Positions 1-10,816 of a stretch of 64,000 nucleotides of DNA are shown one piece after another. Origin of the DNA: an uncultured Chloroflexia bacterium (GTDB lineage: Bacteria > Chloroflexota > Anaerolineae > Promineifilales > Promineifilaceae). Within the stretch, counting starts at the first letter, position 1, and the number at the start of each line of letters is the position of its first letter. The translations under genes were made by a program, and so were the position numbers. The notes below the pieces were generated by a model that worked only from the letters and a program-made list of their open reading frames with translations, was not told where the DNA came from and made no database searches. The DNA is taken from positions 19,314-83,313 of the forward strand of contig CAVQSM010000006.1 of assembly GCA_963715935.1 (NCBI GenBank). The letters run 5' to 3'.

Positions 1-383
1 GTTTCCGGGGCGGGGCGGTCTACGATGTGGCCTGGAGCGACGACGCGGCCACGCCGCCGGCTCTGGTGCTGGGGCGCGACTGGCCCGCCGGGACGGTGCT
101 GGCTGTGCGGCTGCTGCGGCCGCATGACGCGAGTCTGTCGCCGACGACGGCCGTCAGCGTGCCCGCCGCCCACCATCATGTGCTGCTGGCGTACGGGCTG
201 TTTGCGGCGGCGCGGCGCTTGCAGCAGCAGGAGCAGGCCAGCCCGACGAGCAGCAGCAGTTTGCTCATGTCGCAGTTGGCCAGCAATGTGCGGCGGCTGG
301 AGCTGGCCTATCTGAACGCGCTCAACCGCATTCTCACGGGCCGGCTGGGCGCGAGCGAGCGGGTGGTGTGGGAGGCAGGCTGA
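1..383 (+). CDS. Hypothetical protein, 5' truncated by the window edge; possibly phage head-tail adaptor-like
   Basis: Open frame ending TGA at 381-383, overlapping the next ATG (TGATG). The C-terminal 'VPAAHHHVLLAYGLFAAA' loosely resembles phage adaptor proteins (recall only). Confidence 0.45.
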   Translation, partial: FRGGAVYDVAWSDDAATPPALVLGRDWPAGTVLAVRLLRPHDASLSPTTAVSVPAAHHHVLLAYGLFAAARRLQQQEQASPTSSSSLLMSQLASNVRRLELAYLNALNRILTGRLGASERVVWEAG

Positions 384-922
384 TGGGCAAGCGCATCCAG
401 CTGCCCGGCAGCGCGGCGAGCGAAACGGCCGAATTCGACGCCCGCAGCAACCGCTTTTCGGCCGTGGAGCGGGATACGCTGGCGGAGCTGATCCGCTGGT
501 GGCAGCACCGGCGCGCGATGGGGGACGCGGCCGAACCGCTGGCCTCGCTCATCGGCGGGGTGGATGTGCGGGCGACGGTGACGACCACCGGGCTGGTCCC
601 GGCGCTGGCCTGGGCGCCGGAGTCGCTGCCGGTGGGCGCGGGGGAAGGGTGGTGGGTCCAGGCGCTGGGCGTGCCGGAGAACCCGTCGATTGCCGGGGAG
701 ATCTACTCGGTGGTCGGGCTGGCCCACGTCTACCACGACGCGACGGCGGGCTATCTGGCGCGCTACCAGACGGTCAGCCGCCTGCCGCTGTCGCCGGACA
801 GTACGGAGATCCGGGTGGCCGTCGGTGGCGGGTCGGCCGTCCCGGGGGTGTGGGTCGTCGGCGTGGAGGGGTTGGTGATTGGGTGGATTGTGGTGGTGTG
901 GCGGTTGGAGGTGGGGCACTAG
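383..922 (+). CDS. Hypothetical protein, translationally coupled to the upstream gene
   Basis: ATG at 383 in a TGATG overlap; ORF MGKRIQLPGS...LEVGH; GC3-rich codon usage. Confidence 0.6.
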   Translation: MGKRIQLPGSAASETAEFDARSNRFSAVERDTLAELIRWWQHRRAMGDAAEPLASLIGGVDVRATVTTTGLVPALAWAPESLPVGAGEGWWVQALGVPENPSIAGEIYSVVGLAHVYHDATAGYLARYQTVSRLPLSPDSTEIRVAVGGGSAVPGVWVVGVEGLVIGWIVVVWRLEVGH

Positions 923-980
923 CGTTGACTGCGCGTTCTACTATCCCTCGCTGTCGCCGCGCCATTCGCCCAGAATTCTT

Positions 981-3900
981 CTAGCTTGGTCGGCCATTGG
1001 CGACTTGATCTCCTCGAATATCTTCAAGGCCTGCTTCATATGAGCGATAGCTTCCTCGACCTGGCCGAGGCTGTAGTAGGCGTTGCCCAGATTGCCGAGA
1101 CGATTGCCTTCGCCCTGACGGTCGCCGAATCTCCTGGGCAGATGGCCAGAGTCCTGGGTGTAGTAGTCGATGGCCCTGCCGTACTCCCCAGAGAGCCATA
1201 GGCGTTACCCAGATTGCCCAGGTGGTTGCCTTCGCCCTGACGGTCACCGATCTCCTGGGCGATGGCCAGAGCCTGGGTGTAGTAGTCGATGGCCTTGCGC
1301 GTACTCCCCCAGAGAGCCATAGGCGTTGCCCAGGTTGCCGAGTGGTTGCCTTCGCCCTGACGGTCACCGATCTCCTGCGCGATAACCAGAGCCTGGGTGT
1401 AGTAGGCCTGGATGTAGTAGTCGATGGCCCTGCTGTACTCCCCCAGAGAGCGATAGGCTATGCCCAGATTGCCCAGGCGGTACCTTCGCCCCGACGGTCG
1501 CCGATATCCGGCGCGATGACCAGAGCCCGGGTGTAGATAGTCGATGGCCTTGGCGTACTCCCCCAGAGAGCCATAGGCGTTGCCCAGATTGCCCAGGTGG
1601 TTGCCTTCGCCCGACGGTCGCCGATCTCCCGGCAGATGGCCAGGGCCTGTGGTGGTAGTCGATGGCCGTGCTCGACTGGCCCAGAGTAGCGATAGGCGTT
1701 GCCCAGATTGCCCAGGTGATTGCCTTCGCCCTGGCGGTCGCCGATCTCCGGGCGATAGCCAGGGCCTGGTGGTAGTAGTCGATGGCCTGCTCGAACTGCC
1801 CGAGGGGCGTAGGCGTTGCCCAGGTTGCCCAGGTGGCTGCCTTCGCCCTGACGGTCACCGATCTCCTGGGCGATGACCAGAGCCTGCTGGTAGTAGTCGA
1901 TGGCCCTGCTCGTACTCGCCCCAGAGAGCGATAGGCGTTGCCCAGATTGCCCAGGTGGTTGCCTTCGCCCTGACGGTCGCCGATCTCCTGGGCGATGACC
2001 AGGGCCTGGGTGTAGTAGTCGATGGCCCTGCTCGCACTTGCCCCAGAGAGCGATAGGCGTTGCCCAGATTGCCCAGGTGGGTGCCTTCGCCCCGACGGTC
2101 GCCGATCTCCTGGGCGATGACCAGGGCCTGTGTGTAGTGGTCGATGGCCTTCCGCACCTCCCCCAGAGAGTAGTAGGCGATGCCCAGATTGCCCAGGTGG
2201 TTGCCTTCGCCCCGGCGGTCGCCGATCTCCTGGGCGATGACCAGAGCCTGCTGTGTAGTGGTCGATGGCCTCTCGACCTGGCCCAGGCTGAGTAGGCGAT
2301 GCCCAGATTGCCCAGGTGGTTGCCCTCGCCGCGGCGGTCGCCGATTTCACGGGAGATGACCAGGGCCTGCTGGTGAGTGGTCGATGGCCGTGCTCGACCT
2401 GGCCGAGGTCGTAGTAGGCGATGCCCAGATTGCCCAGGTGGCTGCCCTCGTCCCGGCGCGCGCCGAAGGCGCGCGCCGCGGCCACGCCGATAATGCAGCG
2501 CCCTCACCCGATCGGCGCTGTAGCCGCGCACATCGAGATAGTCCTCTATGGCCCAGACCAGTTGATTGAGCGCCGACCACAGTTCGGCCGCTTCCAGGCG
2601 GGGCAGCAGGGCCATGATGTGGGGGCGGGCGGTGTCGAGGCAGCGTGTAGCCGGGCAGGCCTTCTTCGCGGTGGGTGCGGGCGAAGCGATTATAGTAGCT
2701 CGCCAGCCGTTCCAGCGCCGCCGGGGCGACGTCCATCCGTTCCCCGGCGTACTGGTGGAGCAGGGCGTGGGCCAACTGGTACGTGTCCGCCCAGCTCGCC
2801 GTCCTCCGGTACGCGCAGCAGCCCGTAGCTGACCAGCTCATCCAGCGGGCGGCGCAGATCGTAACGGAGCCGTCGTCCAGCGCGGCGACCAGCGCCGCCT
2901 CCGACACCGGGGCCAGGGCCAGCACACCCAGCACGGCCACGATGTCGCGGGCTTCCGGGGCCAGCAGGGCCACTTCGTCGAGGCTCCTGTCCAGCAGCAG
3001 CGGCACGCTGTCGCGCCGCCGGTGGCCGTGGTCGAGCGCGCCCAGCCCTTCGTCGCGCAGCCATTGCAGGTAGGCGGCGGCCGTCCGCTTCTTGCGCCGG
3101 ATGTACTTGCCCGCCAGCGCCACCGCCAGCGGCAGGTCGCCCACCAGGTCGCAGATGGCGCCGGCCTCTTCAGGGTTGGCGGCCCGCGCCCCGCCCCACT
3201 CCTGCAGCAGGCTGACTGCCTCCTCCCGGTTGAATTCGCTGACGGCGATCTCCTCTTCGTAGACGTCGTCGGCGTCGCGGCTGGTGATGAGGACGGCCGT
3301 CAGCGCGCTGCAGCGGTCGAGCAGCCGGGGCAGGTTGTCGGCCCGCTCCGCGCCGTCGAGGACGAGCAGCGCCGTGCGGCCGCCGAGCGCGACGGCCATC
3401 GCCCCCAGCGGGTCGGGCAGCGGGACTGCCGCAGTCGCCGCTGCACGATTTGGCCATATGTTCGGCCGCCCGCTCAATGTCGGTGTCGTCGTAGAAGCTG
3501 TGGACGATGACGCCGCCGGGGAAGGCAGCCGGCGGCTGGTCGCCGTCGATCAGCTCATCGACGAAGGCGGCGGCGATGGAGGTCTTGCCCATCCCGCCCA
3601 TGCCGGTCAGGGTGACGATGCGGCCGGGGGCCACCTTCTGGCGCAGCTCGGCCAGCTCCGCCTCGCGCCCGGTGAAGTGAGGGGCGGCGGTCGGCCGTTG
3701 GCAGGGGGATGGCGGGGGTGGGGCGGAGGGCGTCGACCTTGTACTCGATCCGCTCCACCGTGCCCTGGATTGATACCAGGGTGATCGCCTTGGTCCGCAA
3801 ACGCTGTTCGCAGGGCCAGCGCCAGCTCGTAGTCGGCCGCCTGTATCGCCTCCATCTGCTGTTGAACGACTGTCATGCGGCCGAGCTGGCGCAGGATGTC

Positions 3901-4242
3901 GGTGTTCTGGGCGGCCAGCTTGTCGAGTGATTCCTGGGGAATGGCGCGGTGGATCTCGGCTACGATCTCATCGTCGCTCAGCTTTTCCCCCTGGCGCAGC
4001 CGGTTGAGCAAGCCAAAGGCAATGCCCAGCGCCTCACCGCCGAAAATCCCGACGAGGCTCTGGATTTGGGGCGGGAAGGCTCCGGCGGCCGTTACCGGGT
4101 CGAGCAGCGTCGCGCCGGTGAACAGCAGCGTGGCCCCCACCAGCGCTTCCGGCCAGTAGCGGCGGGCGGCCGACAGGATTTGCCGGACGAACGGTTCGTC
4201 GGACGGCTCGTAGGTTGGTTCTGCGGCGCTTGTTGTCGTCAT
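981..4242 (-). CDS. NLR-like NB-ARC/STAND ATPase with C-terminal TPR repeats (several indel frameshifts)
   Basis: Start MTTTSAAEP at 4242. Walker A GMGGMGKT (about 3580-3610), Walker B-like LLVLDGAE, VLITSR, GDLPLAVALAG and LAHALL motifs. About 12 TPR units of type AIDYYTQALVIAQEIGDRQGEGNHLGNLGNAY are spread over several frames. Confidence 0.85.
1030..2460. repeat. Tandem about 120-bp (40-aa) TPR-coding repeats, about 12 copies
   Basis: Recurrent GTCGATGGCC...GCCCAGATTGCCCAGGTGGTTGCCTTCGCCC...CGGTC.CCGATCTCC units at about 120-bp spacing. Confidence 0.9.
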
Positions 4243-4300
4243 CGGCCCCCTGGCTGCGGGACTGTGAACGGCCGCCGGTCTCGCGTGCCGGCGGGTTGGC

Positions 4301-4477
4301 GCAATTCTAGCCGTGTGGCGTGGGGGTGGCAAACAACGCCGCCCCATCGGCCGCCAATCGCCAAAACGTGGGACATTCGTCAGCCCGGCGGCCTGCGCTT
4401 CGGGTAGAATAGGGGCTCATCAGCGCGGGCTGCGGCGCGACGGGGCATCCACCGCCCGGCCCGGCGAGCGGCCGCGC
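4301..4477. repeat. Direct repeat A, copy 1 (duplicated divergent promoter region)
   Basis: GCAATTCTAG...GAGCGGCCGCGC, near-identical to 6878-7052. Confidence 0.95.
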
Positions 4478-4540
4478 TGGGAGACTGGTCGGCGCAACCG
4501 CGCCGCGCCTCGACTGACGGAAGCGCCTGATGCTTTGCCA

Positions 4541-6668
4541 TCAATCACAACTCAACATCTCATCGCTGCCGCTCTTCGGCACGCGGAAATCGCCCGTGAT
4601 AGCCACCTTACCTACGGGCTGAAACTGAGCGTTGACCTTGCTGGCCGTGCCGCTGAAGGTGCCGCCGATGAAGTTGCCGGCGCTCTCGGTTATGGTCATC
4701 GTGCCGCCGTCGCCGCCCTCCGAGACAATCACAAAGCGCGTCTGCCCGTCTTCAATGATGCCGAATCCCTCCAGCGCAAAATCACCCACCTGTCCCTCGG
4801 TATATGGCGCTACTCCGACCTGCACCGACGGGTTGAGCGTGTCGGACGTGATCAACAGCGGTGCGCCAGCAGCAGCGTGCAGGTACACTCCGCCCGACAC
4901 ATAGTACCGGTCATCAGCGTCGGTGACACGCACATTCAGGTAGCAGATACAATTGCGCTCTTGAGCTTCGACTATTTCGATGCTCGAAGTATCCGGATCG
5001 CTGCTGTGCTCGCAGGGTCGGCGGAGGTTGCAGCACGGTCCGGTCGTCGTCGCCTGTCGCAGGAACTAAGCAACGGATTCTCGATCGGCAGCCAGTCCAG
5101 GCTCTTGCACGCTGAGGTCGCTGTTCAGGGCCGGAGCAGCGGCCGGTCGGCTTCATCGAAAGGTGGAAGTGGCTACGCGCAGCTGCTGGTCAAACTGCAA
5201 GGCCTCGGCAAACCGTAGCTTGCGACGAGTCAGGCTTAAGACCCCGGAACCAAATTCGTGACGAGTCGCCCTGTCTTCCGAAGCTAAGGTGCTTCGGAGG
5301 CGGTGTAGACTATCGGCAGCTCGCTCGCTTCTGATCCGCTCGACCACTGCTGTCGACGATCGTACCGTCCAACCAGGCTTGCCCAAAATCATGGAACAGG
5401 TCGCCCATGCCCGGTTCGGCGTGCAGATCGTGACCTGGCTCTCAGCGTGCGACCACCGGCGAGCTTCTTCAGCAGACCGATGATGCCGTACATTTCCATA
5501 TGAGGGATGGTTGGCGAGAAACTGGAAGAACACGTTATTAGGCGTAACTCATATAGAGCAGGCTGTTGTTCGCTGACTCTTCATTGAACTCCGCGTGTGT
5601 CCGATGTTCATAGTCGATTGTCGGGTAGACCACGTTGCTGAAGTAGTCGGCCGAGCCTTCAGTCCACCAATTGTGTGCTGCTTTGATGAACTCCTGGTCG
5701 ACATGCTTGTCCTGGTAGCAGTGGAACAGTTCGTGGGCTACGACCTGGCGCAGTTCGTCGAGCGAGGCGCCGGGCTCGGTCACTGACCGCCATAGAGCGA
5801 GCGGGCAAACGCCGTCCCAACCCATTGCGTCGGCCACATCGGAATGGAGACCGAAAGTGGTGGCTTTCGTTATATAGCCGGGTCTCTGGTCGGGATCAAC
5901 GATAGGCGTGAACATCACGCCGATGCCCGGCATGGGATCGTACTTCTGGAACTCCAGAATACTCAGTTCCACGGCTTCGCGCACGGCGTTCCACTGTGCC
6001 AGCAAGGCGGTATCGTCCCGCCAGTTCATAGGCGTGTAAATGGTGACGCGGGTCGCGCCGACGAAGAACTTGTAGCGCCAGAAGCAGTCGGCCTGCAATG
6101 TCTCTTCAAGCGGCAGGCCGCTTTGCCAGGCGGCCGCGCAGGCAGGGCTGATGGCTGAGGCATCGCGCACCGCCGCTCCCGGCAGCCCATACGGCGCGGG
6201 CGGTTCCATCTCCACGGAGTAGAAGTCGACGTTGGCCTGGGGCGGGAGCTGAAGAAAGAAGAGACGCTCGATTTCGGCGCGGGCCTGCGGGTCTGCTCCG
6301 TTCTGACGATACTCGTCGGCCATGCGCATGACGCTGGTGGCCTCGAGGCGTGCGACGGTGTCCAAGTTGGGCAGCTCGTCGGCCGTCTTCTCGTCGGCCA
6401 TGTAGCCGAGAACGTGGATCAGCCCTTCCTCCAGCGTCCACACGCCATCCTCGACATTGCGCTCGATCAGGTCCGCCAGATTGCCGCTGGGGCGTGTCGC
6501 CGGTTCGGGCTCGCCCGGGTTCAGGACAACAGGTAGGTGCACCGTGCCGGAGGCGGCGCTCGCGGCCCGGGAGGATGACACAGACAACACCGCCGACAGC
6601 AGGATTAAGATGGCAGCCGCCATCAGCAGGACAGGACGGCCGAAACGAGAGTCTATTTGTGATGGCAT
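4541..6668 (-). CDS. Secreted HEXXH zinc-metallopeptidase-like protein (frameshifted)
   Basis: Signal peptide MPSQIDSRFGRPVLLMAAAILILLSAVLSVS; VVAHELFHCYQ followed by WWTEGSADYFS (gluzincin-like third ligand). The C-terminal part continues in ORF 4541-4933. Confidence 0.7.
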
Positions 6669-6877
6669 GTTGTGAACCTCTGTACGGTGGGGCGCATGCG
6701 GTTAACCGGCTGACCGGATGCCTATGAGGCTGACACGCACCAGCGCAACAAGCTGGGTTTGGCCCGGATCGCATTCCTGGCGCTGCCCCAACTACGGACA
6801 GGATGGTTTGCGCGAAGTGGTGTGGTCGTGGATGCTCTGCAAACCGGGCTCCCGGACTCTGGCGCGAGGAACCCATT

Positions 6878-7052
6878 GCAATTCTAGCTGTGTGGGGTGG
6901 GGGTGGCAAACAACGCCGCCCCATCGGCCGCCAATCGCCAAAACGTGGGACATTCGTCAGCCCGGCGGCCTGCGGATCGGGTAGAATGGGGTTCATCAGC
7001 GCGGGCTGCGGCGCGACGGGGCATCCACCGCCCGGCTCGCGAGCGGCCGCGC
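6878..7052. repeat. Direct repeat A, copy 2, in the divergent intergenic region
   Basis: Matches 4301-4477 and contains TAGAAT-like -10 hexamers on both strands. Confidence 0.95.
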
Positions 7053-7104
7053 CGGAGATGACGATCCGACCTCGCCAACGGGCATGCCTGAGGAGGGTGA
7101 AGCC

Positions 7105-8712
7105 ATGAGTTACCAGGATATCATTAGCGATCTGGCCGACGATCCCGAACAGCTGGAGCAGCTGTACCAGACGGCGCTGCAGGAGGGCACGACCGGTGAC
7201 TTTCAGCAGGCCATTGAGATCGGCCACACGTACGCACCGAATAATCTGCTCTACGCGGCGTGGTATTACCGGCTGCGGCAGGTGGCGGCCGAGGCGAAGG
7301 CGTCGTTCATCGCCTGGGGCTGGGTCATTCCCCTGGCGCTGGCCAACGGGCTGCTCTTCTGGCTGCTGTCCGACGACCAGCGCTTCATGATTTCGATTGC
7401 CCCCGTAGGGCCGTTGCTGGCCACCGACTTCCTGCCCGCGCTCCTGCTGGTGGCCGGGCCCATCGCCGGGGTGTTTGTGCTGGGCTATCTGACAGCCGCG
7501 GGCAGCCGGCGCTGGGGGCTGAGCGCGGTCATCGCCGCCATCATGCTGGGCGCTGCCGGGTATGTGCTGCTGGCATTCCCGCAGACGGGCACGCGGCCGT
7601 TTCAGGAGCAGTACCTGACGTTGATGGCGCTCCATCTGCCGCTGCTGGCGTGGGCCGGGGTGGGGGTCTATTTGCTCTGGCGGCATCGTGACGCGGAGAA
7701 CCGCTTCGCCTTCCTGATCAAGTCGCTAGAAGTGGGAATCATGGGCGGACTGCTGCTCATTGCCGGCGGGCTGTTCACGGCCATTACCATCAGCCTCTTT
7801 CAGGCGCTGAATGTCGTGGTGCCGGAGCTGGTGCAGCGGCTCTTTCTGGCGGGTGGGGCGGGGCTGATTCCGGTGGTGGCGACGGCCGTCATCTACAACC
7901 CGCGCCGCGCTCCGGCCCGGCAGTCGTTCGATGAGGGGCTGAGCAAGCTGGTGACCATGCTCATGCGCATCTTGCTGCCGCTGACGCTGCTGGTGCTGGT
8001 CGTCTATCTGCTGTTCATCCCGTTCAACTTCCGCGAGCCGTTCGACAACCGGGATGTGCTGATCATCTACAACATCATGCTCTTCGCGGTGATCGCCTTG
8101 CTGGTGGGCGCGACGCCGCGCCGCCTGGCCGACCTGTCGCCCTCGCTGGCCCCCTGGCTGCGGCGGGGCATCATCGCCGTGGCCGCGCTGGCCCTGCTGG
8201 TCAGTCTCTACGCCCTGGCGGCGATCCTCTACCGCACGGGCATCGACCGGCTGACGCCGAACCGGCTGGCTTTCATCGGCTGGAACGTGGTCAATATCGG
8301 GCTGCTGGTCGTGCTGCTGGTCTATCAGGCGCGGGCCGGCGCGGGCGACTGGGTGGCCGCGCTGCACCGGGCGTACAGCGTGGGCACGGTTGCCTACGTG
8401 GTCTGGACGGCCGTCGTGATCCTCGCCGTGCCGTGGCTGTTCGGACTGGACCGGTCGGCCATGGCCACGCTGCCGAACGAGGTGCAGCGAATCATGTACA
8501 ACGACCCCGCCCCGATCCTGCTCAAGTGCCGTGCGAGCAACCCCATCTATCTGCTGGAGGATGGGGAGAAGCGCTGGATCGACTCCATTGAGACGTTTGA
8601 GGCGGAGGGCTATCTCTGGCGAGACGTGCGTTTCATCAGCTGCGACGATCTGCGCCGCGTCCCCGACGGCGTGCCCATCCCGCCCGATGCAGGGCCGCCG
8701 CCGGTGCCTTGA
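7105..8712 (+). CDS. Polytopic membrane protein (DUF4153-like) with a soluble C-terminal domain
   Basis: AGGAGG RBS before ATG 7105; about 12 hydrophobic segments; LTPNRLAFIGWN and NRDVLIIYN motifs. Confidence 0.75.
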   Translation: MSYQDIISDLADDPEQLEQLYQTALQEGTTGDFQQAIEIGHTYAPNNLLYAAWYYRLRQVAAEAKASFIAWGWVIPLALANGLLFWLLSDDQRFMISIAPVGPLLATDFLPALLLVAGPIAGVFVLGYLTAAGSRRWGLSAVIAAIMLGAAGYVLLAFPQTGTRPFQEQYLTLMALHLPLLAWAGVGVYLLWRHRDAENRFAFLIKSLEVGIMGGLLLIAGGLFTAITISLFQALNVVVPELVQRLFLAGGAGLIPVVATAVIYNPRRAPARQSFDEGLSKLVTMLMRILLPLTLLVLVVYLLFIPFNFREPFDNRDVLIIYNIMLFAVIALLVGATPRRLADLSPSLAPWLRRGIIAVAALALLVSLYALAAILYRTGIDRLTPNRLAFIGWNVVNIGLLVVLLVYQARAGAGDWVAALHRAYSVGTVAYVVWTAVVILAVPWLFGLDRSAMATLPNEVQRIMYNDPAPILLKCRASNPIYLLEDGEKRWIDSIETFEAEGYLWRDVRFISCDDLRRVPDGVPIPPDAGPPPVP

Positions 8713-8756
8713 GGATGGGGAGAAGACGGCATTGCGGCGATGCCGGGGCTGCGGTC

Positions 8757-8870
8757 GCCCTACTCCCCCGACCACCAACCGAAAGACCCGCTCCGATCCC
8801 GCGAACTCGCCAGGTACAGCTGCGCCGTTGATGTGCTTCGCCGAACGTGGTCCAGAGGACGCCGGGGAAA
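8757..8870 (-). repeat. Direct repeat B, orphan copy of the 3' end of the sugar dehydrogenase gene
   Basis: Similar to 9535-9647; encodes a degenerate FPG.LWTTFGE.ING.LYL.EFAGSERVFRLV. Confidence 0.9.
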
Positions 8871-8883
8871 AGGAAGGGGCGAT

Positions 8884-9257
8884 TCAGGCTCTAGCGAACG
8901 CGGACGGACACGAATGCGTATGTTCAGTCACGACCGTGAATGCCGATTCAAGCCGGCTGTTGTGTCTGGCTACTACGTTAGGAGACGAGATCGGCTTTCT
9001 GCTCCGAGGGTGAGACCGGCAAGGCGAAGCAAGGCTGACGCCCGCATGTACCATGACGTTGCTGAACGACGAGATCCGCCGAAGTCGGCTTGTCGATTGG
9101 TGAGCTACGAAGTGCATTCTGCGCTTCGGCCAGAGGCAAGGACGTCTTCATCGCTCATGCCGGGTGTCAACTCCGCCACGTACCAGACGTCATGCCTTTC
9201 CTCGCGCAGACGACTTACAATAGGTGCCTCGACACCCTCGTCGGCCACAAATCTCAT
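8884..9257 (-). CDS. DUF5615 family PIN-like toxin (frameshifted)
   Basis: My translation from 9257: MRFVADEGVEAPIVSRLREERHDVWYVAELTPGMSDEDVLA...; C-terminal HAGV...VVARHNSRLESAFTVVTEH. Confidence 0.75.
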
Positions 9258-9267
9258 ATCGTTGGAC

Positions 9268-9473
9268 TCAGTCGATCGATGCCGGGTCGCAAATCGCGCC
9301 GCCTGGACGCCCTCGCGCAGTCAAACGCGGATGGGCCTCCAGAAGCTGCTCCACGCTTTCGCCAGCGCCGAGCCGCTCAAGGATGCTTTCGACCGTACAT
9401 GCGCGTTCCAGCCACAACTGGCTTAGCCTAACATCACGTCGGGGTCAGAAACGATCAACCTTTCTTTATCCAT
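9268..9473 (-). CDS. DUF433 family antitoxin (frameshifted, missed by the ORF track)
   Basis: My translation from 9473: MDKERLIVSDPDVMLG-KPVVAGTR-TVESILERLGAGESVEQLLEAHPRLT, a typical DUF433 signature. TGGTATAAT lies 6 nt upstream. Confidence 0.8.
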
Positions 9474-9538
9474 GTCGCGATTATACCATAGCCGAGCGCG
9501 TCAACGGGTGCGACGTGCACTGCTGGATTAACCCGCCC

Positions 9539-10816
9539 CTACTCCCCCGCCACCAGCCGAAAGACCCGCTCCGATCCCGCAAACTCGCCGAGGTACAATT
9601 CGCCGTTGATGTCTTCGCCGAACGTCGTCCACAGGCCGCCGGGGAAACGGCCGACTTCGACCACCTCCACCTCGCCGTCTTCTCCGTCCCACAGCGCCCA
9701 GATCGTTCCGGCGCACAGGTCGGCGAACAGGTAACGGCCGACGAACGCCGGCATCTCCCGGCCACGATAGACGTAGCCGCCGATAATTGAACATGGCATA
9801 TCGGCCTGCGCGTGGGCGTAGGCGTAGATGGGGAAGGTGTGGTCGCTTGCGGAGCCGCAGCCGTCGGGCGATGGTCCCGGCGCGTTGCCCTGAAAGCACG
9901 GCCACCCCAGACTGATGCCCGCCACACCCGGCGCAATCCGGTTGACCTCCTCCCACCGGGTCAGACCCACGTCGGCAACGTAGAGGTCGCCGGTCAGCCG
10001 GTCGAAGCTGATGCGCCACGGATTGCGCAGCCCATAGAGCCAGATCTCATTCAGATAATCCGGGTTGCCCACGAACGGGTTGTCGGGCGGAATGGCGTAG
10101 CTGTCACCGTGGACCGGGTCGACGTCCAGCCGCAGAATCTTGCCCAGCAGATTCCAGCCCCGCAGCGCGTTGGGGTGCTCGGTCGGCCCGGACACCAGCT
10201 CGCCGTCGCCGGAAGCCATGTAGAGGTAGCCGTCCGCCCCAAACTGGAGGTCACCGCCGTAGTGGAGGTCCATCGGGTGGGGGATGGTCAGCAGAATCTC
10301 ACGCGTCGCCGGGTCCACCGGGCCGTTGCTCGCCGGGTCGGCCGTGAAGCGGGCCAGCACCAGCGGCGCGACCGTCGGCCCGTCCGGGTTGGCGGCGTAG
10401 CTGACGTAGAAGACGCCGCTGTCGGCGAAGTCGGGCGCAAAGGCCAGCCCCAGCAGCCCCTGCTCCCAGAAGTTGGTCTCCATGTCGTCGCGAATATCAA
10501 GGAACGGCTCCGGCAGCACTGTCCCGTCTGGCTGGACGATGAAGATACGGCCGTCGCGCTGGGCGACAAACAGCCGCTCGTCGCCTGCGTGCTTGATGCT
10601 GGTCACGTCGCGCAGCCCGACCGCGAACGGCCGCAGTTCGAGGGCCAGCGGGCCATCGGGTAGGGGCGGCCCGCCCCGAACCAGCGGGATGTGGATCGCG
10701 TACTCCCCGGCCTCGGGCCCGGCGGCCGCCCGGCCCCCCGCCAATCCGGCGACAAGAACGAACACCGTTGTGACGATGATCAGGATGAGTGTGATGCCTC
10801 GTGGTCGACGTGCCAT
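9539..10816 (-). CDS. PQQ-dependent sugar dehydrogenase (GSDH/Asd family), exported
   Basis: EQGLLGLAFAPDF, HYGGDLQFGADGYLYMASGDG, LGKILRLDVD, YGLRNPWRISFD; N-terminal signal sequence. Confidence 0.92.
   Translation of the reverse strand: MARRPRGITLILIIVTTVFVLVAGLAGGRAAAGPEAGEYAIHIPLVRGGPPLPDGPLALELRPFAVGLRDVTSIKHAGDERLFVAQRDGRIFIVQPDGTVLPEPFLDIRDDMETNFWEQGLLGLAFAPDFADSGVFYVSYAANPDGPTVAPLVLARFTADPASNGPVDPATREILLTIPHPMDLHYGGDLQFGADGYLYMASGDGELVSGPTEHPNALRGWNLLGKILRLDVDPVHGDSYAIPPDNPFVGNPDYLNEIWLYGLRNPWRISFDRLTGDLYVADVGLTRWEEVNRIAPGVAGISLGWPCFQGNAPGPSPDGCGSASDHTFPIYAYAHAQADMPCSIIGGYVYRGREMPAFVGRYLFADLCAGTIWALWDGEDGEVEVVEVGRFPGGLWTTFGEDINGELYLGEFAGSERVFRLVAGE

Noticed and set aside
1391-1421. 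Short duplication GCCTGG.TGTAGTAG inside one TPR unit
   Set aside because: Most likely a consensus artefact within the tandem array.
1030-2460. Regularly spaced repeats as a CRISPR array
   Set aside because: The whole 120-bp unit is repeated and codes for TPRs; there are no unique spacers and no cas genes.
8557-8725. 15-bp repeat GAGGATGGGGAGAAG at 8557 and 8711
   Set aside because: Too short to interpret; could be chance or a local assembly artefact.
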